NCBI GenBank assembly: GCA_035537335.1
Contig: DATLMM010000063.1
Location: forward strand, 1,576-65,575
Direction of reading: 5' to 3'
Length of the DNA stretch: 64,000 nucleotides
DNA from: Sphingomicrobium sp.
GTDB lineage: Bacteria > Pseudomonadota > Alphaproteobacteria > Sphingomonadales > Sphingomonadaceae
The position numbers and the translations under genes were made by a program. Shown here piece by piece: positions 10,750 through 19,472 of the stretch (its first letter is position 1; each line of letters begins with the position of its first letter). The notes beneath the pieces are model-generated. The model was not told the DNA's origin. It ran no database searches and was given only the letters and a program-made list of their open reading frames with translations.

Positions 10750-13094
10750 TGCTGCTTGCGTGGCAGCACGATCCGCACCGCGGTCCCCTCACCCAATTGC
10801 GACTGCAGATCGACCGTGCCGCCGTGTGCTTCCACGAACTGGCGGGTAAGCGGCAGCCCAAGGCCAAGCGCCGCCTCGCTATGCGCCCCGCCGACGCGAG
10901 TGAAGCGCTCGAACACATGGGCCTGGTCCTCGGCCGGGATGCCGGGACCGGTGTCGCTGATGCGAATCTCGGCCTTGTCGTCATCGCCCCAGGCCGAAAG
11001 AGTGACATTGCCTCGTTCGGTGTAAGCGATCGCGTTGCGGAGCACATGCTCAAGGCTTTCCCGCAGGCGGCGCGCATCGCCGATGACCACTCCCGTAGAA
11101 GCGTCGATGGCCGTATCGACCCGCAATCCCTTGGCACTCGCGGCGCCGTCCATCCGCTCCGCCACGCTTCGGGTCAGCCCGGCCAGATCGATCCGTTCAT
11201 GCTCGATCACCACAGCGCGCTGCTCGCCCTGGGTAAGGTCGAGCACGTCGTCGATCAGCTTGGACAGACGTGACACCGATTCCAGAATGGCATTCACATA
11301 GTCGGCCGCCGCCGGCGCGAGCTTGCCGGCGTAACCAGCCGCCAGCATTTGCGCGAAGCCACCGATGGAGGTCAGCGGCGTACGCAGCTCGTAGCTCATG
11401 TTCGCGACGAAGTCGGTCCGGACCTTGTCCGCTTCTTCAAGCGCCGTGGTCCGCTCCCGCAGGGCATGTTCGATCCGCGTCGAATCGGTCACGTCGACCA
11501 TGGTGAACAGCGCGTTTCCGTCCGGCAGGGGCACGGCGGCAAACTCGAAATGGCTGCCGTCGACCATCGACAAGCGACCGCTGCCCATTCGCCGCTCGTT
11601 CGTGGCCGAGCGGACCAGCTCGCGAAGCTGGGCGGCCGCGGTGGGATTGACCAGGCGGCGGGCCATGGCCGGAACCAGCTCGTCCACCCGCGGGTGCTCG
11701 CCAAGCCAGCTCTCGTCGAGGTCCCAGAAACTGCAGAAGCGCCGATTCCAGAGGTAAAGACGACCATCGGCCGCGAACACGCTGAGTCCCTCGAACAGGT
11801 TGTCGAAGGTCGCCGTGCGCACCCGCAGCAACGTGTCGCGAGCGGAGGCCAGCCGGACCTGCTCGGTCCGGTCCTCGAAGATCAGGCGCAGGCCGCCATC
11901 GGGCAGCGGCTGTCCGACGACGCGCAGGTGATCGCCATTGGCAAGGGTCCACTCCTCTTCGACCGCCTCGTCGGCCGAAATGAACCAGTTGCGCCGCTCC
12001 GCCTTCCACTGCGGGAAGTCGCGTGTTTCGGGCAGACGCCCATTCTCGCGCATTCGCTCGAGCACCCGGTCGAACTCGGGCCGTTCCCCCAGCCACTCCG
12101 CGTCCAGCTGGGCCATGATCGCGAACGGCTGATTGAAGAACGACAGGGTGCGATCGGGATCGAACTGCACCGCGCCCGCCGTCATGCGGTCGGCCAGCTC
12201 GCGCTGACTCTCTATATATCGCGCAAGCTCGATCCGCGCGTCCTCCAGATCCTGGATATCGAGGGCGAACCCCGCCACCGCCCCCCCCACCAACGGCACG
12301 TCGACCACCTTCAGCATTCGTCGTTCGCCACCGATGGTGGCCGGCTGGGTGCGCGAGTATGGCCGGCCGCTATCGAGCGCCGCTTTGGCGCCAGAGCGAG
12401 CGCTCGCCGACCCCGTGCCGTCGATCAACTCGGTGCCTTGCGCCACGACGTCGGTGGCGGAGGAGGCCTCCACCGCGGCGACATAGGCCGAGTTGACCAG
12501 CCCAAGCGACAGGTTCGGACCACGATACCACATCGGGAACGGCGCTGCTTCAATGAGGTGGGTGAGCGAGTCTAGCGCTGTCTCGGTATCAACAAGCCGC
12601 AGCGCGATGTCCGACTTCTCGCTCTCCGCTGCGCTCGTATCGAACAACCACAGCAACACACTGCCGGGCTCGGACGGTGGCGGAGCAGCTCCACCCCGAA
12701 CCTCCAAGACCCGAGACGATCCGGCGATCCGCACTGATTGCTCGATTCGCTCACCGGACAGGGACGATGCCCGAACGATTTCCATGAGAGCAGCAAGGTC
12801 TTCAGCCTCGACGCCATGTTCTCCGTCGGACAATTGCTCCACCCTGCGCGCGTGGTTCTCGACGCCGATTTCCCGCAGCAGCTGCGGATCGATCTCGATC
12901 GCGCCGTCAGGCCGCACGATCATGGGTCGGGCGGGCGCCGCTGCCAACAGAGCCGCCATGGAGCGAGCGGACTCGAGAACCTGGTTTGCGCGCCTCATCC
13001 GTCTCGCAGCGATGATCGACAGGATCGCAGCGACCGGCAGCCAGAGGGCGGCAAGTCCGAGCGCAAGCAAGCCACTGTCTGCGCTGACCATCAT
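10746..13094 (-). CDS. divL: PAS-domain histidine-kinase-like protein with Tyr at the phospho-His position (DivL-like)
   Basis: N-terminal TM helix, several PAS-like segments, H-box FVANMSYELRTPL (Y instead of H), HATPase motifs; immediately upstream of tsaE. Start moved to MMVSADS. Confidence 0.78.
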   Translation of the reverse strand: MMVSADSGLLALGLAALWLPVAAILSIIAARRMRRANQVLESARSMAALLAAAPARPMIVRPDGAIEIDPQLLREIGVENHARRVEQLSDGEHGVEAEDLAALMEIVRASSLSGERIEQSVRIAGSSRVLEVRGGAAPPPSEPGSVLLWLFDTSAAESEKSDIALRLVDTETALDSLTHLIEAAPFPMWYRGPNLSLGLVNSAYVAAVEASSATDVVAQGTELIDGTGSASARSGAKAALDSGRPYSRTQPATIGGERRMLKVVDVPLVGGAVAGFALDIQDLEDARIELARYIESQRELADRMTAGAVQFDPDRTLSFFNQPFAIMAQLDAEWLGERPEFDRVLERMRENGRLPETRDFPQWKAERRNWFISADEAVEEEWTLANGDHLRVVGQPLPDGGLRLIFEDRTEQVRLASARDTLLRVRTATFDNLFEGLSVFAADGRLYLWNRRFCSFWDLDESWLGEHPRVDELVPAMARRLVNPTAAAQLRELVRSATNERRMGSGRLSMVDGSHFEFAAVPLPDGNALFTMVDVTDSTRIEHALRERTTALEEADKVRTDFVANMSYELRTPLTSIGGFAQMLAAGYAGKLAPAAADYVNAILESVSRLSKLIDDVLDLTQGEQRAVVIEHERIDLAGLTRSVAERMDGAASAKGLRVDTAIDASTGVVIGDARRLRESLEHVLRNAIAYTERGNVTLSAWGDDDKAEIRISDTGPGIPAEDQAHVFERFTRVGGAHSEAALGLGLPLTRQFVEAHGGTVDLQSQLGEGTAVRIVLPRKQQ

Positions 13095-13191
13095 CTCCTG
13101 CGATTGGACCTCTCTTGTGCAGCCACATAGGATGAGGTTCGTGCACATGTCGAAGGGCATGATGGCTTGCACGCAAAGGCACGGCGCAACC

Positions 13192-13269
13192 TGTTGCAGT
13201 AAAGTGACAGGCATCGTCCAATTGGCTCGGATGCCTCTACGTGATTGTGTTTGCGAGGACTCCACGAAA
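13192..13269 (+). promoter_or_regulatory. Upstream module copy 1: TGTTGC-N6-GTGACA ... TTGTGTTT-N10-CACGAAA
   Basis: Same elements at nearly the same spacing precede the second TBDR (19356-19436). Confidence 0.55.
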
Positions 13270-13310
13270 GAGAGGAACGGCCTGCCATTTTTTCAGAATC
13301 GGGTCTCCTC

Positions 13311-16300
13311 ATGACTAAGATGACGCTCTTGAGCGCAACGGCTCTCCGGACGCTCGCCGCCGCTGGTCTTAGCTTGGCCGCGACACCGTCGATGGCGCAG
13401 GATGTCCAGCCGCAACCGACTCCACCTACGGAAGGTACGACCACGAATACGACGACGACGGAGACGGCCCCACCTGAGGCGCTCCAGTCTGAAGTAGAGA
13501 TCGAGTCCGGGACCGAAGCCAACACGGCTGACGAGATTGTGGTTACGGGTTCCCGAATCCGCCGTCCGAACCTCGAGTCGGCAGTTCCCGTGACTTCGGT
13601 CAGCGGCGAGGAGTTCTTCGAGACCGGTCAAACGTCCATCGGCGACACGTTGAATGAGCTACCGGCTCTTCGCAGCACGTTCAGTCAAGCGAACTCGACC
13701 CGCTTCCTGGGTACCGCCGGGCTGAATATACTCGACCTTCGCGGGCTTGGCACGCAGCGTACGCTCGTGCTGGTCAATGGCCGCCGTCACATCGCGTCCA
13801 ACGTTCTTGGCAACGCGGTCGAAGTCGACGTGAACACCATTCCGACGGATCTTATCGAGCGGGTCGACGTGGTTACGGGCGGCAACTCGGCCATCTACGG
13901 TTCGGATGCAATCGCGGGCGTCGTGAACTTCGTTCTAAAGCAGGACTTCGAGGGTCTGCAGCTACGAGGTCAGGGCGGTGTCAGCAAGTATGGCGATGCC
14001 GGCAACTACTATGTCAGCGCGCTTGGTGGGCGCAACTTCGGCAGCGATGGCCAGGGCAACGTAGCCGTCAATCTGGAATATGCTCGGCAAAATGACTTCT
14101 ACGCGTCCGATCGCGGCAAATGCTTCCGGACTCAGTGCGGATTTGTGCGCGTTGACACGGACACCGGCGCTTCGTCCGACGACACGCCCGACCGCGTCTA
14201 CCTGGAAGACATTCGCAGCGCTCTTTATACAAATGGCGGGTCGCTCTACGGCTTCGGTCTGGTTCTGGATCCGGCGGACCCGCTGATCGGGGGTAACGGC
14301 GTCTTCACCATTCCGTTTACCTTTACGCCGGGTGGCGATTTGATTCCTGTGACTGGTCAGCGGGTCGGCATCGCTCCTTTTGGTTCTTTCATTGGCGGCA
14401 ATGGCAACAACTTCCGCGAGGGGACCCAGTTCGGGCTTTCGCCAGCGCTCGATCGCTACTCGGCCAACTTGATCGCTCGTTACGAGGTATCGCCGGCGCT
14501 CGTTCCGTTCGTCGAAGCGAAGTTCGTGCGTACGAAGTCCTTCGGCAATGCGTCGGGTCCGTTCTTCGGCCCAGCGATTGGCGAAACCTACGCGTCCGGC
14601 CCGCTTGAGGGTTTCGATCGCGAGGCCATTTTCTCCGACAATCCTTACCTTAGCGATCAGGCGCGTGGCGTCTTGGACGAGCAAGGTCTCACCTACTTCT
14701 ACCTTTATCGCAATTACGTGGAACTTGGGAACCGAGAGGAGAAGGCTCGGCGCGATACGTTCCAGATCGTCGGTGGTCTGCGGGGCGAGTTCAACGACGA
14801 TTGGTCCTACGAAGTCTCGGCGAACTACGGCCGCCTGAAGGAAAACACCCGCATCCTGGGCAACGTGAACACGCAGCGCTATCTTCTGGCGCTTGATTCT
14901 GTAGTGGATCCGGCTTCGGGGAATATCGTCTGTCGATCGCAGATCGATCCGACCGCAGCAATCTCCCTACGCAACAACCTTGATCCGGCGTTCGCCGCAT
15001 CACAGTTGGCCGCTGACGTAGCTGCCTGTACGCCGTTGAACCCGTTCGGTGAAGGCAACATCAGCCAGGCAACACGCGATTATATCCTCCAGGATACTCT
15101 TGCGAAGGGCCGCATCAATCAATTTGTGCTGAACGCCTTCGTCTCCGGTGACACGAGCCAGTTCTTCAACCTTCCGGGCGGACCAGTCGGCTTTGCTCTC
15201 GGTGTGGAACGTCGCACGTACGACGTGAGCTATCGCCAGGACGCCTCCACGCGTGCGGGGCTGACATTCTACAATGCCATCCCGAACTTCGAACCGCCGA
15301 AGTTCGCCGTGACCGAGACCTTCGGCGAAGTCCGGCTTCCGATCCTCCGCGATCAGCTCTTCCACGAGCTCACCATTACGGCTGCGGCACGCTACGCCAA
15401 GTACAAGCAGTTCGGTGGTGTTTGGGCTTACAACGTTGGCGGGGAGTTCGCGCCGATCAGGGACATCCGCTTCCGCGGTAACTTCTCGCGCGCCGTTCGC
15501 GCGCCAAGCCTAGCTGATGCTTTCACGCCGCTTGGGTCCAACTTTACACCCGCGCCATTGGATCCATGCGCTTTGGACAATATCAACCAGGGATCCGAGT
15601 TCCGGGAGGCGAATTGTCGTGCTGCGGGTGTACCGGCCGACTTCAACTATACCTACACCCAATCTCTGGCGTATTTGTCGGGGGGAAATGCCGACCTTTC
15701 GCCTGAGAAGTCGGACTCGATAACTCTCGGCGGCGTGGTGCAGCCGCGCTTCGTCCCTGGCTTTTCATTGTCGGTCGATTACTACAACATCACGGTCGAC
15801 GACGTGATCACTTCACCGACCGCGCAAGATGTGATCGACGCTTGTTACGACTTGCCGAGCACGGATAATCCGTTCTGCGCATTGTTTCAGCGCAACGCGG
15901 GTCCTGGAGCCGGTCCAACCGGCGAGATCCCTGGGCAGATTCTCGAGAACAGCTTGGAACTGACTCCACTGAATTACGCAAAGCTGAAGGTCCGCGGCAT
16001 CGACGTCGAAGCGGCGTACCGAACCAATCTCGGTAGCATCGGGCGACTGGATACGCGTTTCATCTATACGCGTGCGCTTCAGAACGATGAATTTCTCGAT
16101 CCGACGGACCCGGACCGAGCCGATCAGCTCCTGCTTGAGCTTGGCGATCCAAAGCATGCCTTTAACTTCAACAGCAGCTTGAAGACCGGACCGCTCACGA
16201 TCGGTTACCAGATGCGCTACCTGGGTAAGCAGCTGATCAACCTCGCCGAGTATGAATTCTTCTTTAGCAAGAATGGCGAGGACCCGCAGGATCCGGACTA

Positions 16301-16505
16301 TGCCGAACGGAGGTACAGCCCGTCTGTGTTCTATCATGATGTTCGAGCATCGATCGACGTGAACAAGCAGTTCAACTTCTACCTTGGCGTCGACGATATC
16401 ACCAACCGGAAGCCGCCTCTTGGCGGAACCGGCATCGGCGCTGGCAGCGGTATCTATCGTAATATCGGCCGCTTCTTCTACGCTGGTGCTGTCGCCAAAT
16501 TCTGA
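13311..16505 (+). CDS. TonB-dependent receptor 1
   Basis: Signal peptide ending PSMA/Q, TonB box EIVVTGSRI, plug motifs LRGLG..RTLVLVNGRR and IERVDVVTGGNSAIYGSDAIAGVVNF, C-terminal Phe. Confidence 0.96.
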   Translation: MTKMTLLSATALRTLAAAGLSLAATPSMAQDVQPQPTPPTEGTTTNTTTTETAPPEALQSEVEIESGTEANTADEIVVTGSRIRRPNLESAVPVTSVSGEEFFETGQTSIGDTLNELPALRSTFSQANSTRFLGTAGLNILDLRGLGTQRTLVLVNGRRHIASNVLGNAVEVDVNTIPTDLIERVDVVTGGNSAIYGSDAIAGVVNFVLKQDFEGLQLRGQGGVSKYGDAGNYYVSALGGRNFGSDGQGNVAVNLEYARQNDFYASDRGKCFRTQCGFVRVDTDTGASSDDTPDRVYLEDIRSALYTNGGSLYGFGLVLDPADPLIGGNGVFTIPFTFTPGGDLIPVTGQRVGIAPFGSFIGGNGNNFREGTQFGLSPALDRYSANLIARYEVSPALVPFVEAKFVRTKSFGNASGPFFGPAIGETYASGPLEGFDREAIFSDNPYLSDQARGVLDEQGLTYFYLYRNYVELGNREEKARRDTFQIVGGLRGEFNDDWSYEVSANYGRLKENTRILGNVNTQRYLLALDSVVDPASGNIVCRSQIDPTAAISLRNNLDPAFAASQLAADVAACTPLNPFGEGNISQATRDYILQDTLAKGRINQFVLNAFVSGDTSQFFNLPGGPVGFALGVERRTYDVSYRQDASTRAGLTFYNAIPNFEPPKFAVTETFGEVRLPILRDQLFHELTITAAARYAKYKQFGGVWAYNVGGEFAPIRDIRFRGNFSRAVRAPSLADAFTPLGSNFTPAPLDPCALDNINQGSEFREANCRAAGVPADFNYTYTQSLAYLSGGNADLSPEKSDSITLGGVVQPRFVPGFSLSVDYYNITVDDVITSPTAQDVIDACYDLPSTDNPFCALFQRNAGPGAGPTGEIPGQILENSLELTPLNYAKLKVRGIDVEAAYRTNLGSIGRLDTRFIYTRALQNDEFLDPTDPDRADQLLLELGDPKHAFNFNSSLKTGPLTIGYQMRYLGKQLINLAEYEFFFSKNGEDPQDPDYAERRYSPSVFYHDVRASIDVNKQFNFYLGVDDITNRKPPLGGTGIGAGSGIYRNIGRFFYAGAVAKF

Positions 16506-16525
16506 ACTCGGAAGCGAGTGACTGG

Positions 16526-16562
16526 GAAGGGTCGGGACTTTGTCCCGACCCTTCTTGCTTTT
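16526..16562 (+). terminator. Intrinsic terminator-like hairpin after TBDR1
   Basis: GAAGGGTCGGGAC-TTT-GTCCCGACCCTTC (13-bp perfect stem) then TTGCTTTT. Confidence 0.75.
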
Positions 16563-16597
16563 GAGAAGCGGATTGGCGATCTTAAGCTATCGGTCCT

Positions 16598-17245
16598 ATG
16601 TGGACGCGAACGTTGCAGACACTTGTGCTTGAGTGTCCGAGAAACGTCGATTCCAGATCGGGTGCTGTCTTGTACGAACCTTCAAAAACGGTCTTGTCTT
16701 CGGTCGGCGATGCGCTGGAGAACGCGCGCAAGCTCCTGCCCACCCATCCGTTGGCAGCAGCGGAGCAAGCTCGAGAGATCATCCGGGTGGAGCCGGACAT
16801 CGCGGAAGCTTATGTTCTGCTTGCATGCTCCCTGCGGTCGGTCCGTGACGATGCTGAAGCTTTGAGGAACGAGCAGATCGCGATCGCTGTGGCGGAAAAA
16901 TCTCCGGTGATCGTTCGTGTGCGCAAGCAGATTGCTGATGGCGATCTGTCGAAGGCTGATGAACTGCTGCAACTGTACCTTGCGGACACTCCGAACGATC
17001 CCGTGGCCATTTACCTCCGTTCGCACGTGAGAAAGCGCTTGAGTGACTTCAGTGAAGCTCAACGACTGCTTGAGCGAGCGATCGCTTTGGCTCCGTCCTT
17101 TCAAGACGCGCGAGTTGCTCTCGACGCGCCTCCAACAACAGCCATCGGTGCTCTCCAACAAGGCTCCGCCGACGACATCCTCGATGACGGAAGCTGGTTC
17201 ACGGGCGAACCAGAGAAATCCGGCGAGAAGTCCCCGGCGACATGA
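16598..17245 (+). CDS. TPR-repeat protein (start uncertain)
   Basis: TPR-like helices (EPDIAEAYVLLA, AQRLLERAIALAPSF); ATGA overlap with the sulfotransferase; resembles that protein's N-terminal TPR region. Confidence 0.7.
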   Translation: MWTRTLQTLVLECPRNVDSRSGAVLYEPSKTVLSSVGDALENARKLLPTHPLAAAEQAREIIRVEPDIAEAYVLLACSLRSVRDDAEALRNEQIAIAVAEKSPVIVRVRKQIADGDLSKADELLQLYLADTPNDPVAIYLRSHVRKRLSDFSEAQRLLERAIALAPSFQDARVALDAPPTTAIGALQQGSADDILDDGSWFTGEPEKSGEKSPAT

Positions 17246-19035
17246 GGGATCGTTCCGTTGTTCTAGGCTCGAAAGAACAAGCACTTGCCAACGCCCGAGG
17301 ATTACTGACGCGTGATCCCTCTTCTGCCGAGCGGCAGGCAAGGATCGTCATTGATGGAGATGCCGAGTGCCCGGAGGCACATAGACTGCTGGGCCAAGCC
17401 CTTCGACAACTCGGCCGCGCGGAAGAAGCACAACAAGCAGAGGAAGCCGCGATTCGGTTTGCACTCCTCCAGCCGACCTTGTTCGAGGCGGCGATGGCTC
17501 TGGTGCAAGTAGATTTGAATAAGGCAGAGCGGTTGCTTCGGCCCTACTTGAAGCAACATCCAGATGACGCTGCGGCGCTTCGCATGCTGGCCGAGATAGC
17601 AGGTCGAACCGGCCACTTCGACGCCGCCGAACGGTTGGTGGAACGCGCGCTGGCAACCGCGCCGGACCATGCGCCTGCCCGAGCTCTGCAACAATCGATA
17701 CGGCGCCTGCGCATGCGTGGAAACGACGTTGCCTCCGGGCAGCTCCGCGGAGGGTTCACTGGCGGCGAGGAAGAGACTGGAGAGGAAAACCAGAGCGAGG
17801 CGTTGAAGCTGTACGAAGAAATTGTACATCGCTTTCCGGACAGCCCTGAAAATTGGGTGACCTATGGCCATGTTCTGAGGTCGGTCGGCAAGCAGAATGA
17901 AGCCGTTAACGCTTACCGCCAAGCGCTGGAGCGGCGCGTCCATTCCGGCGAAGCTTGGTATGGCATCGCAGATCTGAAGGCAGCACGCTTTGCTGTTGAC
18001 GATCTGACTCAGATGCAGCGCGCCCTTGCTTCTCCCGATCTCTCATCGAATGACCGAGTGCAGCTGGAGTTCGCCCTAGGACGCGCTCTGGAGCAGTTCG
18101 GATCGCCGGCCGAAGCATTTGAACACTACGCCGTGGCCAACGAACTTCGAGCGATACAATCAACATACCAAGCAGATCCCATCTCCCGGCATGTAGAATC
18201 GTCGAGGCACCTCCTCGGTCCAGAGTTCTTCGAAGCGCGGGTCGGCGCTGGAGATCCGTCGTCAGACCCGATCTTTATCTTGGGCATGCCCCGAGCAGGC
18301 TCGACGCTGCTCGAGCAAATCCTCTCGAGCCATCCGCTGATTGAAGCCACTGGCGAGCTTGCCGACCTGCCGAACCTTGCAAACACCTTGGCGGAGCAGA
18401 AAGTCGCAGCATTTGAGGATAGCCCGTATCTGCCTAATCTGATGGCGCTACCCCCTGCTGACCTGCTTCGACTTGGTCGCAGCTACATCTGGAGCACGGG
18501 CCTGAGACGGCGAACCACGCGGCCATTCTTTCTGGACAAGATGCCCAACAACTGGCTACATCTTGGACTTCTTATTAGCGTTCTGCCGAACGCCAAAATC
18601 ATCGACTCGCGGCGGCACCCGATAGCTTGCAGCTTCTCCAACTTTCGGCAGTACTTCGCCAAAGGGCAAGAGTTCAGCTATGACTTGAGACACATGGGGC
18701 GCTTCTACCGCGACTACGTCATTTTGATGGAACATTTCGACGAGGTTCTGCCAGATCGTATCTATCGGGTCGTACATGAGGATCTCGTCAACAATCCCGA
18801 AGACGAGATCCGGCGACTGCTAGACCATTTGGGCGTGGACTTCGACGAGCGGTGCCTTCGCTTTCATGAGAACAAGCGTACGGTGAAGACGGCCAGTTCA
18901 GAACAGGTCCGCCGTCCGCTCAATCGCGAAGGGTTCGATCAATGGCGCCCCTTTGCCGCCTGGCTTCAACCCCTTCGAGACGCCTTGGGTTCACTTGGCG
19001 ACGATTATTCCTCGGAGCAGGCTAAACCTTCGTAG
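17242..19035 (+). CDS. TPR-containing PAPS-dependent sulfotransferase
   Basis: N-terminal TPRs; PIFILGMPRAGSTLLEQIL (5'-phosphosulfate loop), DKMPNN, RHPIACSFS (3'-phosphate binding), TASSEQVR. Confidence 0.9.
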   Translation: MRDRSVVLGSKEQALANARGLLTRDPSSAERQARIVIDGDAECPEAHRLLGQALRQLGRAEEAQQAEEAAIRFALLQPTLFEAAMALVQVDLNKAERLLRPYLKQHPDDAAALRMLAEIAGRTGHFDAAERLVERALATAPDHAPARALQQSIRRLRMRGNDVASGQLRGGFTGGEEETGEENQSEALKLYEEIVHRFPDSPENWVTYGHVLRSVGKQNEAVNAYRQALERRVHSGEAWYGIADLKAARFAVDDLTQMQRALASPDLSSNDRVQLEFALGRALEQFGSPAEAFEHYAVANELRAIQSTYQADPISRHVESSRHLLGPEFFEARVGAGDPSSDPIFILGMPRAGSTLLEQILSSHPLIEATGELADLPNLANTLAEQKVAAFEDSPYLPNLMALPPADLLRLGRSYIWSTGLRRRTTRPFFLDKMPNNWLHLGLLISVLPNAKIIDSRRHPIACSFSNFRQYFAKGQEFSYDLRHMGRFYRDYVILMEHFDEVLPDRIYRVVHEDLVNNPEDEIRRLLDHLGVDFDERCLRFHENKRTVKTASSEQVRRPLNREGFDQWRPFAAWLQPLRDALGSLGDDYSSEQAKPS

Positions 19036-19355
19036 TGTAGTTAGGCTCGACGAGCGGTAGAGCTTTCGCCGAGGCTGCGTGCTTCTTCTGCGCGTCGGCA
19101 TGATTTCGCATGCCAGAACATTCGTTACTCTGAATCAAGAGCAACTTGACTGGGAAGACCCTTCGTCTTCGTGTCTTTGAAGAGACCGTTCTGTGGAACC
19201 AGGTGCACGCCAAGCATAACGACGGCGAAGCGGACGCAACCCTTCGGAATTCACCTCGGAAGTTCGGGGGTCCAAGTCCTTGCTCAGCAATCAGACACAC
19301 AAGCGATGATGCTAACAAGTATCCTCCAGCGAAGGTCAGCGCGTTACGCGACGTA

Positions 19356-19436
19356 TGTTGCCGATATGTGACACCGATCTGGAACTCGTGGTCCGGATCA
19401 ACACTCAGCTTTGTGTTTTCTCTCAGTTGCACGAAA
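19356..19436 (+). promoter_or_regulatory. Upstream module copy 2: TGTTGC-N6-GTGACA ... TTGTGTTT-N11-CACGAAA
   Basis: Matches the module upstream of TBDR1; palindrome ends 99 nt before ATG versus 101 nt for copy 1. Confidence 0.55.
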
Positions 19437-19472
19437 AGGCGCGAATCCTGCCTACCAATCAAGGAATCGTTG

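Noticed and set aside
19036-19355. Possible precursor peptide for the sulfotransferase/hydroxylase in the intergenic gap (e.g. minus strand MRNHADAQKK...NYTTKV)
   Set aside because: No RBS, no acidic Asp-Tyr context or Pro-rich core; nothing convincing on either strand.
19146-19472. 109-aa N-terminal extension of TBDR2 in the ORF track (similar extensions for divL, yqgE, dapF, mtaB, ftsY, yciB)
   Set aside because: Signal peptides, RBSs and family N-termini point to downstream starts.
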